This document shows, in pieces, positions 49,468 to 57,996 of a DNA stretch of 64,000 bases. This DNA comes from a virus. The translations under genes were made by a program, and so were the position numbers. The stretch's first letter is position 1. Each line of letters begins with the position of its first letter. The notes beneath the pieces are model-generated. The model worked only from the letters and a program-made list of their open reading frames with translations. It was not told where the DNA came from and did no database searches. The stretch is taken from positions 68,917 through 132,916 of the IMG/VR virus record IMGVR_UViG_3300046804_000544. One strand, 5' to 3'.

Positions 49468-50006
49468 TGATAGTTGCAGGAAATAAAAATTACGGGATTG
49501 CTAAGGAAATTTATAAATTGTTTCCAGAAGCAATTTTTGCCAGCAGGACTACAGGATTTGATTTAACTAACAGTAAAGATCAATCTAGATTTGCTGAATT
49601 AGTCCTTGAACATGATGTGTTTATAAATTGTAGTGCTTTATGGAAATTTAATCAAACAGTGTTATTAGATATTGTTTATAAAAAATGTGTTGAGCATAAA
49701 CACTATCCTTATATTATTTGCATAGGATCAACTACTGATAGAGTTAAAAAAGGTGGTGCATGGTTGTACAACGCAGAAAAAAAAGCCTTAAGGGATTATT
49801 GCAATACGTTAGGATTTAACGGAGTATGGGGTAAAGCTCCAAAGATAACCTATATAAGTTTTGGAAGTTTGAGCAATGTACAAGATAAACATCCTGATAG
49901 GACCTGCTTACCTATTGATAAAACAGCTATATACATTAAGTGGTTAATCGACCAACCATCAGAAATCTGCATAAACGAAATAAGTATTGATCCTGTACAA
50001 CTATGA
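49467..50006 (+). CDS. Short-chain dehydrogenase/reductase (compact)
   Basis: AGNKNYGIA nucleotide-binding loop, FINCSA, catalytic Ser (IGST) and YNAEK (YxxxK). Confidence 0.75.
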   Translation: MIVAGNKNYGIAKEIYKLFPEAIFASRTTGFDLTNSKDQSRFAELVLEHDVFINCSALWKFNQTVLLDIVYKKCVEHKHYPYIICIGSTTDRVKKGGAWLYNAEKKALRDYCNTLGFNGVWGKAPKITYISFGSLSNVQDKHPDRTCLPIDKTAIYIKWLIDQPSEICINEISIDPVQL

Positions 50007-51532
50007 ATATTGGTATTATATTATCTAATCATGAAAATGATCGTGTTAACAAATTAAGACTTTTTACATTTAATGCTATAAAAGCAGCACCATCTCAAAA
50101 TAATTATACTATAGCAAGTGATGTTCCTTTAGATTTTACCTTAGAATTTAAAAATGATATTTGTATTACTAATGCAAATAAATTTGTTAAAATTATAGAC
50201 AATAGTTTAGAAAACTCTAATTTAGAAAACGAAGATTTAAAGGTAAGTGTAGCTAGTAGTCAAGAAGTTAAAACTTTAACGAACGAAATTAAATCAACTT
50301 ATAAAAATTATAAAGATACTGATTTTGAAAGCTGGTTAAGTAACCATATATCTCCAACTAATCATTATTGGGCATATAATTCTGAAAGTTTAAATTTTGT
50401 TTTGCCTCCAGATACGGATTGCATTATTACAGTAAGTTCAGGGCTATTACCTTTAAATTTAATTAGCCAATTAGATAAACCATGCACTGTTACATTAGTT
50501 GATATTAATAATAATTGTTTGGAGTTTCAAAGATATTTAATTAACAATATAGATAGACTTAAATCTATAAAATCATATAAAGAATTAATTAAAAACTTTT
50601 CTATTGAATATAGAGTTGACCCTATTGGTAACTTAACAGATATTGATAAAATTGAATCAATTATAGAAATAATAAATCATAAAAAACGCATTATAAAACA
50701 ATGTTCTATAAATTATGTCATTGGTGATCTACGAGAGCCTAATGAAATAATTGTACAAAATTTAAGATCATCTAAAAATCCATTAGTTTATTTTAGCAAT
50801 ATTTTTTCTTATGTTCCAACGCTATTTGGAAACAATTCTGAAAAAGATTTTGTTCTATTTTTAAACATGTTGCTAGGTGCAAACCTAAATGTAAAGTGGC
50901 ACGGCGATACACCTAATCGAATATGTTCTAGCAATTTAATGAAACAGTCACAAGATGAATATCATTGGAAAGTTAACATAGATTTACCTTATAAAGATTT
51001 TTTAGAAGAAGTTTCTATCTTAGAATCAAAAAATTTATTTGTAAAACATAGAACTAAAGACGGACACAAAGGTGTATATTTCAATCATGGGTGGTCTAGT
51101 TTTTGCATACATGGATTAGCTTATGACATGACCCAAGGTCCTGAGCAATACGGTTATACAGAAGAAACTGCACCATATGATTATACGCCTGAAGCACTAG
51201 AGTATTGTCCTAAATTAGTTAACTGGTTTAAAGAAAATGCATTTAGAAAAAAATATCACAGAGTTAGAATAATGAAATTAGATCCAGGCGGCATAGTAGG
51301 ATTACACAATGATAATCCAAATTCTAAAGCGTCTGCTACTAATATGGCTATTAATAATCCTGTTGGTTGCGAAATGCATTTTCTAAATAGAAACTATCAG
51401 TATCTAGGTCTAGTTCCTTGGACAGACGGTGATGTTTATAAAATACAAATTGGGTTAAATCATTATGTTGTAAATAAGAGCAACGAAAATAGATATCATA
51501 TGATAATACATGGCACTGGCGGAACACTATGA
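50003..51532 (+). CDS. Fusion: N-terminal SAM-fold-like domain plus C-terminal Asp/Asn beta-hydroxylase-like Fe/2OG oxygenase
   Basis: RVRIMKLDPGGIVGLHND (HxD)...NHYVVN.S.E.RYHMIIHG is the AspH-like DSBH pattern. Confidence 0.7.
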   Translation: MNIGIILSNHENDRVNKLRLFTFNAIKAAPSQNNYTIASDVPLDFTLEFKNDICITNANKFVKIIDNSLENSNLENEDLKVSVASSQEVKTLTNEIKSTYKNYKDTDFESWLSNHISPTNHYWAYNSESLNFVLPPDTDCIITVSSGLLPLNLISQLDKPCTVTLVDINNNCLEFQRYLINNIDRLKSIKSYKELIKNFSIEYRVDPIGNLTDIDKIESIIEIINHKKRIIKQCSINYVIGDLREPNEIIVQNLRSSKNPLVYFSNIFSYVPTLFGNNSEKDFVLFLNMLLGANLNVKWHGDTPNRICSSNLMKQSQDEYHWKVNIDLPYKDFLEEVSILESKNLFVKHRTKDGHKGVYFNHGWSSFCIHGLAYDMTQGPEQYGYTEETAPYDYTPEALEYCPKLVNWFKENAFRKKYHRVRIMKLDPGGIVGLHNDNPNSKASATNMAINNPVGCEMHFLNRNYQYLGLVPWTDGDVYKIQIGLNHYVVNKSNENRYHMIIHGTGGTL

Positions 51533-52209
51533 ATAGCAATTATGAAAAATTTATAACAGATGATATACTTTCAAAATTTGGTGTAGTCCAATCAGTAGAT
51601 TTATATCAATTGGCTTACATAGTTAGTAAATTGGAAGAAGGTCCAATTGTTGAAATTGGAACATGGTTAGGAAAATCAGCATATACCATGTCTCTTTATA
51701 AAAATAAAAATAGTGTATTGCATCTAGTTGATCCTTTTGAATCAAGTTTTGGATCTAGTAACAATTCTTACCCACAGGCTGATTTATTAGTTTATAAAAA
51801 AAACAATTCTACTACACCCGATGATGTTGTTCTTAAATATAGACAAATAATTTTTGATACAAAAGATAATTTACCAGTAGTCAAAGATGTACTAAAAGAT
51901 TTTTTATCAACAACAGTATTTCACAAAATGAGAAGTGAAAATTTTAAATTAACATTTGAACCTAAGTTTGCTTTTATTGATGGAGGACATACTTATCAAG
52001 AATGTTACGACGATATTAAAAAATTTGTTCGGTACGATAATATTTTAATTGCAGTACACGATTATGATCAATTAGATGTAAAATTAGCATGCCACAATAT
52101 TGCCAACGAGCATGATAGAAAATTACTTTTTTCTCACCAAATGTGTTATATCTTAGATAAGAATTGTCAATATGAAAGTCTTATAAGAGAAATATTATCT
52201 ACTTTATAA
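51529..52209 (+). CDS. Class I SAM-dependent methyltransferase (Methyltransf_24-like)
   Basis: IVEIGTWLGKS, LHLVDPF, FIDGGHTY, VHDY. Confidence 0.85.
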   Translation: MNSNYEKFITDDILSKFGVVQSVDLYQLAYIVSKLEEGPIVEIGTWLGKSAYTMSLYKNKNSVLHLVDPFESSFGSSNNSYPQADLLVYKKNNSTTPDDVVLKYRQIIFDTKDNLPVVKDVLKDFLSTTVFHKMRSENFKLTFEPKFAFIDGGHTYQECYDDIKKFVRYDNILIAVHDYDQLDVKLACHNIANEHDRKLLFSHQMCYILDKNCQYESLIREILSTL

Positions 52210-52216
52210 AGTCGTA

Positions 52217-52222
52217 TAAGTA
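52217..52222 (+). promoter_or_regulatory. Late-like promoter motif (TAAGTA) 5 nt before ATG
   Basis: Same N5 spacing to ATG as at 9811; no SD upstream of 52228. Confidence 0.45.
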
Positions 52223-52227
52223 AAAGT

Positions 52228-53400
52228 ATGACAAAAGATTTAAGTTGGAGTGCCTACGATTTTACCAAAATACCGTACAGTGATATTGTACGTGTAGGTC
52301 AGCGTACCATGCTGTATAAAGATCTTTTTACAGTAAGTTGGCTGCTAGGTCGTTACTGTAACTATCGTTGTAGTTACTGTTGGCCTTATGCTCGCAGTGA
52401 CAGTAAAGACCATAGACCAACTGAGTTATGCTTAAAGACAATTGACGAAATTAAACGTCAAGCTCGTGAGCGTAATTTTAACAGTTTTCATTTTAGTCTA
52501 AGCGGTGGCGAACCTACATTCCACCCGGGCTATATTGATATATTAAACTACCTTAATGATGATGTAGATAATACAAACTATACTAGTGTACACATGACTA
52601 GTAACATGAGTCGTCCATTAAAGTGGTTTGAAGAAAAATATTGTCCTGCTGTTAGCAAGTTTCATCGTGCTAGTATTACTGCTAGCCTACATACAGAGCA
52701 TGTAGATACACCAGAAAAAATGCAAGAGTTTGCAGACAAATTAATCCTTTGTCAAGAATATGATGTACAAGTAACTATTAACATGGTTATGGTACCAGAA
52801 TGGTTTGAGCGTGACTTTGATAATGCGTTATTCTTTCACGATCAAGGAATTAATGTAACCTTAAAGCCCCAAAGCGATCCGACTGCTAGTCGTGTAGTTG
52901 ACGGATATACTCCAGAAATGTTAAAGCGTTTGCATAACGGTATGCCTCAAAGAGCATTTACTGAGACAAAAGCCGCACTCGCCAAAAAGGTTAAAAGACC
53001 CGAACCTCGATTCTTTAAAACACCAGATCCTATCTATCAAGAAGCGCAGAGTAAAATACCACAGCACTTTCAAGTAGAATTTATAGACAAAGAAAAGAAA
53101 ATATGGTATATGGATCAAGCTGAACGATTCAACGCTTTTAACTTTAACAAATTCAAAGGTTGGGAATGTTCTAGCGGATACAGGGGTATTATTATACGTG
53201 AACCAGACGGTAGCATTAAACGTAGCTATAGCTGTCACGATGCTCCTATAGGTAACATTGAAACAGGATTCAAACTGTTTGACGGACCAAAGCCTTGCAT
53301 TAGCGAAAGTTGTGTTAGCTCAGCTGACAGCAAAATACCCAAAAGAGCGCCCGGAACAGAGTTGCCTCTGTGGCCGGGCGATAAAACCTTTATTCGCTAA
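52228..53400 (+). CDS. Radical SAM protein (paralogue of 41058)
   Basis: CNYRCSYC, SGGEPT; GWECSSG...SYSC...CISESC. Confidence 0.9.
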   Translation: MTKDLSWSAYDFTKIPYSDIVRVGQRTMLYKDLFTVSWLLGRYCNYRCSYCWPYARSDSKDHRPTELCLKTIDEIKRQARERNFNSFHFSLSGGEPTFHPGYIDILNYLNDDVDNTNYTSVHMTSNMSRPLKWFEEKYCPAVSKFHRASITASLHTEHVDTPEKMQEFADKLILCQEYDVQVTINMVMVPEWFERDFDNALFFHDQGINVTLKPQSDPTASRVVDGYTPEMLKRLHNGMPQRAFTETKAALAKKVKRPEPRFFKTPDPIYQEAQSKIPQHFQVEFIDKEKKIWYMDQAERFNAFNFNKFKGWECSSGYRGIIIREPDGSIKRSYSCHDAPIGNIETGFKLFDGPKPCISESCVSSADSKIPKRAPGTELPLWPGDKTFIR

Positions 53401-54058
53401 CTAATTCTTTAGCCATTGGAAATACTGTGGATATTACTTCGGCGCAGGCTTTGGCAATTAGCTGGTGTTCTTTCTGCGTACCATTGGCACTACGCAATTC
53501 GATAAAGTGTACCCAACTACGTAGTGTACCATTCATGTAGAGTCTACTTTCAATTAGTCCTTCTGGAAGCACAGCACGAGCCTGTTCTTTTGCAATACCG
53601 TTAGCAATCGCCCATTCGTATTCTCTTTGAGCAGCATATATTACTCTTTGTTGGGCACGATACCAATCGTTTTGCAATAAGTGGTCGTCAACTTCTATAC
53701 TGTTTTGTCTATTCTTTGTGTCTTGGAGTCTGGCTTCTCTTGTAACGAATCTAAGATCTTTTGTAGGGTCTGCATATCTTTGACTGAACTCCTGGAAACT
53801 AAAACTTCTGTGACGTAGGATCTGCCTTGCAATATCTCTTGTCGTTGTAATTTCCATGCAAGCTGAAACCATCTCGAGTGGACTCCAGTGTGCGTGTTTG
53901 ACGAGGTACCTGATAAGTTTATCTGAAGTTTCGGTGTTGAATTGATTACTCGGGTTTGAGACTCGGGCACAGTAGGCAATGAGTTCTTGTGCATCATCGA
54001 TTCCCATGCTGGCGAATTCATCCGTTGGTTGTGAATAGGATAAAAGTTTGACATTCAT
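53390..54058 (-). CDS. thyX: Flavin-dependent thymidylate synthase
   Basis: ThyX signature RHRSFSFQEFSQRY; HWSPLE; AKEQARAVLP; AQ/TQKEH region. Confidence 0.95.
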   Translation of the reverse strand: MNVKLLSYSQPTDEFASMGIDDAQELIAYCARVSNPSNQFNTETSDKLIRYLVKHAHWSPLEMVSACMEITTTRDIARQILRHRSFSFQEFSQRYADPTKDLRFVTREARLQDTKNRQNSIEVDDHLLQNDWYRAQQRVIYAAQREYEWAIANGIAKEQARAVLPEGLIESRLYMNGTLRSWVHFIELRSANGTQKEHQLIAKACAEVISTVFPMAKELVSE

Positions 54059-54375
54059 GTAAGTCTTCGTTTCTTTAAAAATCTTTTAGTGCCTTTTATC
54101 ATGTCTTTTTTGACACGTTCTGTATCTAATCGGAAATCAATATTGTCTATATCTTTTTCATAAGATGCGAGCATTTCTTTGAGACTCTTTTCAAAAGTGT
54201 CCCAATCATCTTGCCCATGTTTCGATCTAACATTTATTTCCCACAGCTTGCCGTTTTTAAATTTTATAGTAATTGAATCTAAGTACCTAAGCGGAATTAC
54301 ATTTAGTGTAATTTCACCAAATACTTCGGGCCAGTGCTCAATTACTTCTCTGGGGAATTGCTTCCCCTGAGTCAC
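54055..54375 (-). CDS. Hypothetical protein
   Basis: ATGA overlaps with neighbours. Confidence 0.7.
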   Translation of the reverse strand: MTQGKQFPREVIEHWPEVFGEITLNVIPLRYLDSITIKFKNGKLWEINVRSKHGQDDWDTFEKSLKEMLASYEKDIDNIDFRLDTERVKKDMIKGTKRFLKKRRLT

Positions 54376-55019
54376 TGCTTAACTGCTACTTTTTTCTTTG
54401 TAGGTACAAGGTCTTCTGCCATACGGCGTAATTGAGCAGCTTCTTTGCTAAGACGATCTGCATCACTACGATATTTGCGAGCTAAAGATTCATCATCTAA
54501 AGGTAATTGATTTACAGATCCTGATGTAGTCTTACCAATATCTTGATCAATTACTGGTTCAGTATTTCCTGTCTTTGGACTAATGTCTTTGACTTTGGCT
54601 AGCTCTTGAATTTCTACATTGTCTTTAGCATCTGGCTTAATAGCAAGATCCTGTACGCTAACACCTGCCTGCTCAGCAATCATCTGATTAAGTTCACTTA
54701 ACAGAATATTTGTTGCATTGTTAGGAATCATCATAACTTGATCAGTTGGTACTTTTGTTAGTAGTCCTCTTACATGGAGGCTTGGTAACATGGTACTGCC
54801 ATCTGGAAAGATGGATCTAGCCATTACTTCTGCAAATTCATTGGCAGTTTGTGCCGCAGTAGTTTCTACTAAATTGATCAGCGCATCGTGTTCACTTGGA
54901 TCTAAATTTTCTGTGGTAACAACTAGTGCATTAAAAGCATCGCCGGGGAGAGTTCTATACGCTACTAGACACTTACGTCCAGTGTCTACAATACGTCCTA
55001 CGTGTTTAGTATTTTGCAT
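54372..55019 (-). CDS. Hypothetical protein
   Basis: Operon tiling; C-terminal coiled-coil-like segment. Confidence 0.7.
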   Translation of the reverse strand: MQNTKHVGRIVDTGRKCLVAYRTLPGDAFNALVVTTENLDPSEHDALINLVETTAAQTANEFAEVMARSIFPDGSTMLPSLHVRGLLTKVPTDQVMMIPNNATNILLSELNQMIAEQAGVSVQDLAIKPDAKDNVEIQELAKVKDISPKTGNTEPVIDQDIGKTTSGSVNQLPLDDESLARKYRSDADRLSKEAAQLRRMAEDLVPTKKKVAVKQ

Positions 55020-55020
55020 A

Positions 55021-55248
55021 TTAAGCCCCCTGTGCAGGTGCTGGCTGTTTTGCTACTGTGCTTAAAAAGTTACTAAGTTTAGTATAAGTTTGACCAACTA
55101 CAAGCATTTCGTTAGGCTTGAATGCACCACGACTAGCAGCCACATCAATAATGTTCTTCATAGCGTTAAGATCGCTAATGGTAAGATCACCAGATTCCTG
55201 TTGTTCTGCTGTTGGCTGTGCGGGTTGTTGATTTAATTCTTCAGTCAT
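55021..55248 (-). CDS. Small hypothetical protein
   Basis: Strong SD AAGGAG upstream; tiles operon. Confidence 0.7.
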   Translation of the reverse strand: MTEELNQQPAQPTAEQQESGDLTISDLNAMKNIIDVAASRGAFKPNEMLVVGQTYTKLSNFLSTVAKQPAPAQGA

Positions 55249-55286
55249 AAGATCTCCTTAATGAGTAATATATGTATATTAATTTA

Positions 55287-55568
55287 TCAATTATTGATGT
55301 AGGGGCAGGCAAGTTTGAAGAAGCTAAGTTCTTTTTCTTGCTCAAAGCCAATTTTAGTGACAAATACAATAGTATTGTCAACAAGGTCGATAGCCTGGCC
55401 TGTATAATATCTGCTGTTTAGATTAGCATAAATCCAACTGTCTATTTGCTTTTGATAAGCGGGTGTGAATTTAGGCAGTAGTGTATAATGAAAATGATGC
55501 GCTGGAAAAGAGACTCTCCTCAAATCCAGCGCATTTAGCGGATTAACTTTTCCGTTTTTAAGTGCCAT
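55287..55568 (-). CDS. Hypothetical protein
   Basis: TAATG overlap with VWA gene stop. Confidence 0.7.
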   Translation of the reverse strand: MALKNGKVNPLNALDLRRVSFPAHHFHYTLLPKFTPAYQKQIDSWIYANLNSRYYTGQAIDLVDNTIVFVTKIGFEQEKELSFFKLACPYINN

Positions 55569-56743
55569 TAATTCTTAAACTCGTAGTATGCATGAGCACC
55601 AAATGGCGGAACTATAGTATTGTTTCCGTGAATGATGAATACTGTATCACAGTAGTTCTCGTCACCCCAGCTACCAAACGGATATCCATCTGTAAACATA
55701 ATAAACTTCTTAGGTTGGATATCGTTTTCCTTCATGTAGTCCCAGTTCACCATAAACTCGGTACCACCACCTCCGACGGGTTGATAAGAGTCAAACTCAT
55801 CCATTGAGTAGCCATCGTAGTCTTGTTCGGCATAGACCGCAGTGTCAAAACACCACAGTTTAATTTTAAAGTCCTTGTACTCTTGCATGATGCCTTTGAT
55901 CTCGCTTAAAAAATCTTTAGCCTGCTCGTCGCCAATGGAACCAGACATATCAATACCTACACAGATATCAATAGTTTCTTCGTAGTTGGTACCGGGTAGG
56001 ATAGCGTTCATGTGCCACGCTTTACGGTTAGGACGCATAAAGGTATAATCGTTCTTAATGGTGCTTTGGATTTGCTGACGCAGGATTTCACGCCAGTTCA
56101 TCTTAGGCTCTGTAAGTTCCTTAATCATGCGTTGAATCTCAGCAGGAGTATTACCCGCACCCGCCGCCTGAGCAGCCTGCATCATTTGCTCTTTGATTTC
56201 GTCACGAATTTGTTTGAGTTCTTCTTTTGAATAAGAAGGTCTTTTTCCATTACCTTCTTTTTCCCAATCAATATGCTCATCTAATAATTGTCCTAAAGCC
56301 TTTAATGATTGCTCATCCATGTCTTCATAAATTTCGTCATAGATCTGTTCGGTGCTTTTGCCGTAATGTTTGGTATCGTGGAAGATTTTAATTTTAGGAG
56401 GCACTTCGCCAATCTTATCGCGTACAAGGGTACCATTGACTGAATAGTCTGCGGCTGCGTTCCAAATGCTACGATCGCGGCCCTCTACACGCATCATGTG
56501 CTCGTAGACATTGTGCAGAATTTCGTGTGCAACAACAAACTCAACCTGCTTAGTGGTTAAGTCTTGAAAGAAATCTTTATTGTAAAAAAGGTGACGTCCA
56601 TCTGTTGCGGCAGTAGAGCACCAGTCACTGGCGTCTTTAATTTGAAGGCGTGTAGCCATATTGCCAAAAAACGGATGACGAAGCAGTAGACCTACTCGGG
56701 CTACTACAATTTTGTCAACGATTGGATCTAGATAATTAGACAT
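55568..56743 (-). CDS. Metallopeptidase-like plus VWA domain protein (DUF2201-type)
   Basis: TAATDG, HEILH (HExxH), MIDAS DMSGS, GGGGT, FTDGY. Confidence 0.85.
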   Translation of the reverse strand: MSNYLDPIVDKIVVARVGLLLRHPFFGNMATRLQIKDASDWCSTAATDGRHLFYNKDFFQDLTTKQVEFVVAHEILHNVYEHMMRVEGRDRSIWNAAADYSVNGTLVRDKIGEVPPKIKIFHDTKHYGKSTEQIYDEIYEDMDEQSLKALGQLLDEHIDWEKEGNGKRPSYSKEELKQIRDEIKEQMMQAAQAAGAGNTPAEIQRMIKELTEPKMNWREILRQQIQSTIKNDYTFMRPNRKAWHMNAILPGTNYEETIDICVGIDMSGSIGDEQAKDFLSEIKGIMQEYKDFKIKLWCFDTAVYAEQDYDGYSMDEFDSYQPVGGGGTEFMVNWDYMKENDIQPKKFIMFTDGYPFGSWGDENYCDTVFIIHGNNTIVPPFGAHAYYEFKN

Positions 56744-56758
56744 ATTTCTGCTCCGTAT

Positions 56759-56764
56759 TATTTA
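56759..56764 (-). promoter_or_regulatory. Late promoter motif upstream of VWA gene
   Basis: TAAATA on minus strand 15 nt before ATG 56743, downstream of the sigma70 promoter. Confidence 0.4.
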
Positions 56765-56776
56765 CTTGATGTATAT

Positions 56777-56805
56777 ATTATAACAGGACCCGAAGGTCCT
56801 GTCAA
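56777..56805 (-). promoter_or_regulatory. Perfect sigma70 promoter (extended -10) for VWA gene
   Basis: TTGACA (56805-56800), N17, TATAAT (56782-56777) preceded by TG. Confidence 0.85.
56783..56802 (-). terminator. cUUCGg tetraloop stem-loop after the MoxR gene (terminator or processing/stability hairpin)
   Basis: ACAGGACC-TTCG-GGTCCTGT perfect 8-bp stem; only a weak U-tract follows. Confidence 0.45.
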
Positions 56806-56821
56806 TTGGTTTTGGCTACGT

Positions 56822-57913
56822 TTAACGCTTTTCGGTAGCAGCCGCAATATACTTGCCATACTTAGCATGGAAGTCGTCAAAGCATTTAATCTCGTCCGGA
56901 TCCAAAGGCAATTGATATTGGGTAAGTGCCAATTTAGTGCCCATTACAACCAGCTCAGTTTCAAAGTTATTCATCATGAATTCAAAGAAACAGTTAACTT
57001 GATCGTTCCAATCCTTAACGTTCTTATCAGCGGCATCCTTCAATTCGTAGCACAGGCTCACAGTTAAAGAGTACATGGCACTAATTTCCTTAGTATCCAT
57101 CTTTTTAACCTTACCCTTAAGGATATCGGTAGGATCGGGCAATTTGGATGCAATCTTGCGGTGTGCCATAAACTTAACAGCCAACCCCTCACCAACAGCA
57201 CCTGAGATCAGATCGGTTAGTGTATCAGTGTCTTCAGCATCGTCAAACAACAGTTCAGATACAAAGGTCCAAGAACGAGGAGTAGCAAAGGCACGTGATG
57301 CACTCTTAGGATCAAAGTCGTACAAGTCCTTCTTAGAGAAGGTCAAGAAACCAACCACATCGCGATGGATACGATTGTCAGTAGCCCATGCAAAGTAGTC
57401 ATCCCAGTCAACTTTCATCTCAAGGTGAACAAAACGGTTTGCCAACGGAGCCGGCATACGATAAGTAACGCCCTTGTCAGTTTCACGGTTACCTGCGGCA
57501 ACAATGAGTACATTGTCTGGCAAACGATAAGTACCAACACGACGGTTAAGCACCAGTTGGTAAGCTGCCGCCTGTACAGCAGGAGCCGCTGAGTTCATCT
57601 CATCCATAAAAAGGATGATCTTGTCATGTTGAGCGGCCATATCGGAATCGGGCAATTCGATAGGGGGAGCCCAAACCATCTTGCTTTGATTGCCATCAAA
57701 ATACGGAATACCTTTGATATCGGTAGGCTCCCAAAGGCTCAAACGGATATCAATAACATGAGCGTTGAGTTCTTCACCCATCTGCTTGACAATGTCTGAC
57801 TTACCAATGCCTGGAGGACCCCAAAGGAACAACGGACGATTGGCTTTAAAGGCACGACGGAGAGCCTTCTTAGCACTCTTAGGGCCAACGGTACGGGAAA
57901 TAACTTCGCTCAT
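56822..57913 (-). CDS. MoxR-type AAA+ ATPase
   Basis: Walker A GPPGIGKS, Walker B LFMDEMN, AAGNR, Arg finger PLANRF, TPRSW; adjacent VWA partner. Confidence 0.9.
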   Translation of the reverse strand: MSEVISRTVGPKSAKKALRRAFKANRPLFLWGPPGIGKSDIVKQMGEELNAHVIDIRLSLWEPTDIKGIPYFDGNQSKMVWAPPIELPDSDMAAQHDKIILFMDEMNSAAPAVQAAAYQLVLNRRVGTYRLPDNVLIVAAGNRETDKGVTYRMPAPLANRFVHLEMKVDWDDYFAWATDNRIHRDVVGFLTFSKKDLYDFDPKSASRAFATPRSWTFVSELLFDDAEDTDTLTDLISGAVGEGLAVKFMAHRKIASKLPDPTDILKGKVKKMDTKEISAMYSLTVSLCYELKDAADKNVKDWNDQVNCFFEFMMNNFETELVVMGTKLALTQYQLPLDPDEIKCFDDFHAKYGKYIAAATEKR

Positions 57914-57959
57914 ATAATCTCCTGTGAAATAAGCGGTTGAAGTAACTGTCTATGTGTCT

Positions 57960-57988
57960 ATTATAATGCCGTTAGCACCTGTTGTCAA
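57960..57988 (-). promoter_or_regulatory. Perfect sigma70 promoter for MoxR gene
   Basis: TTGACA (57988-57983), N17, TATAAT (57965-57960); SD AGGAG before ATG 57913. Confidence 0.85.
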
Positions 57989-57996
57989 CAAGTTTT

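Noticed and set aside
52201-52212. Palindrome ACTTTATAAAGT at the end of the methyltransferase gene
   Set aside because: AT-rich, no loop, single occurrence; expected by chance.
53390-53400. Convergent overlap of the last radical SAM gene and thyX without a terminator
   Set aside because: Short tail-to-tail overlaps are common in compact phage genomes; no further signal.
39892-53400. Assigning the radical SAM genes to MoaA, PqqE, NrdG or anaerobic sulfatase maturase
   Set aside because: Pathway partners (moaC, pqq genes, nrdD, sulfatases) are absent here and motif evidence supports only superfamily-level calls.
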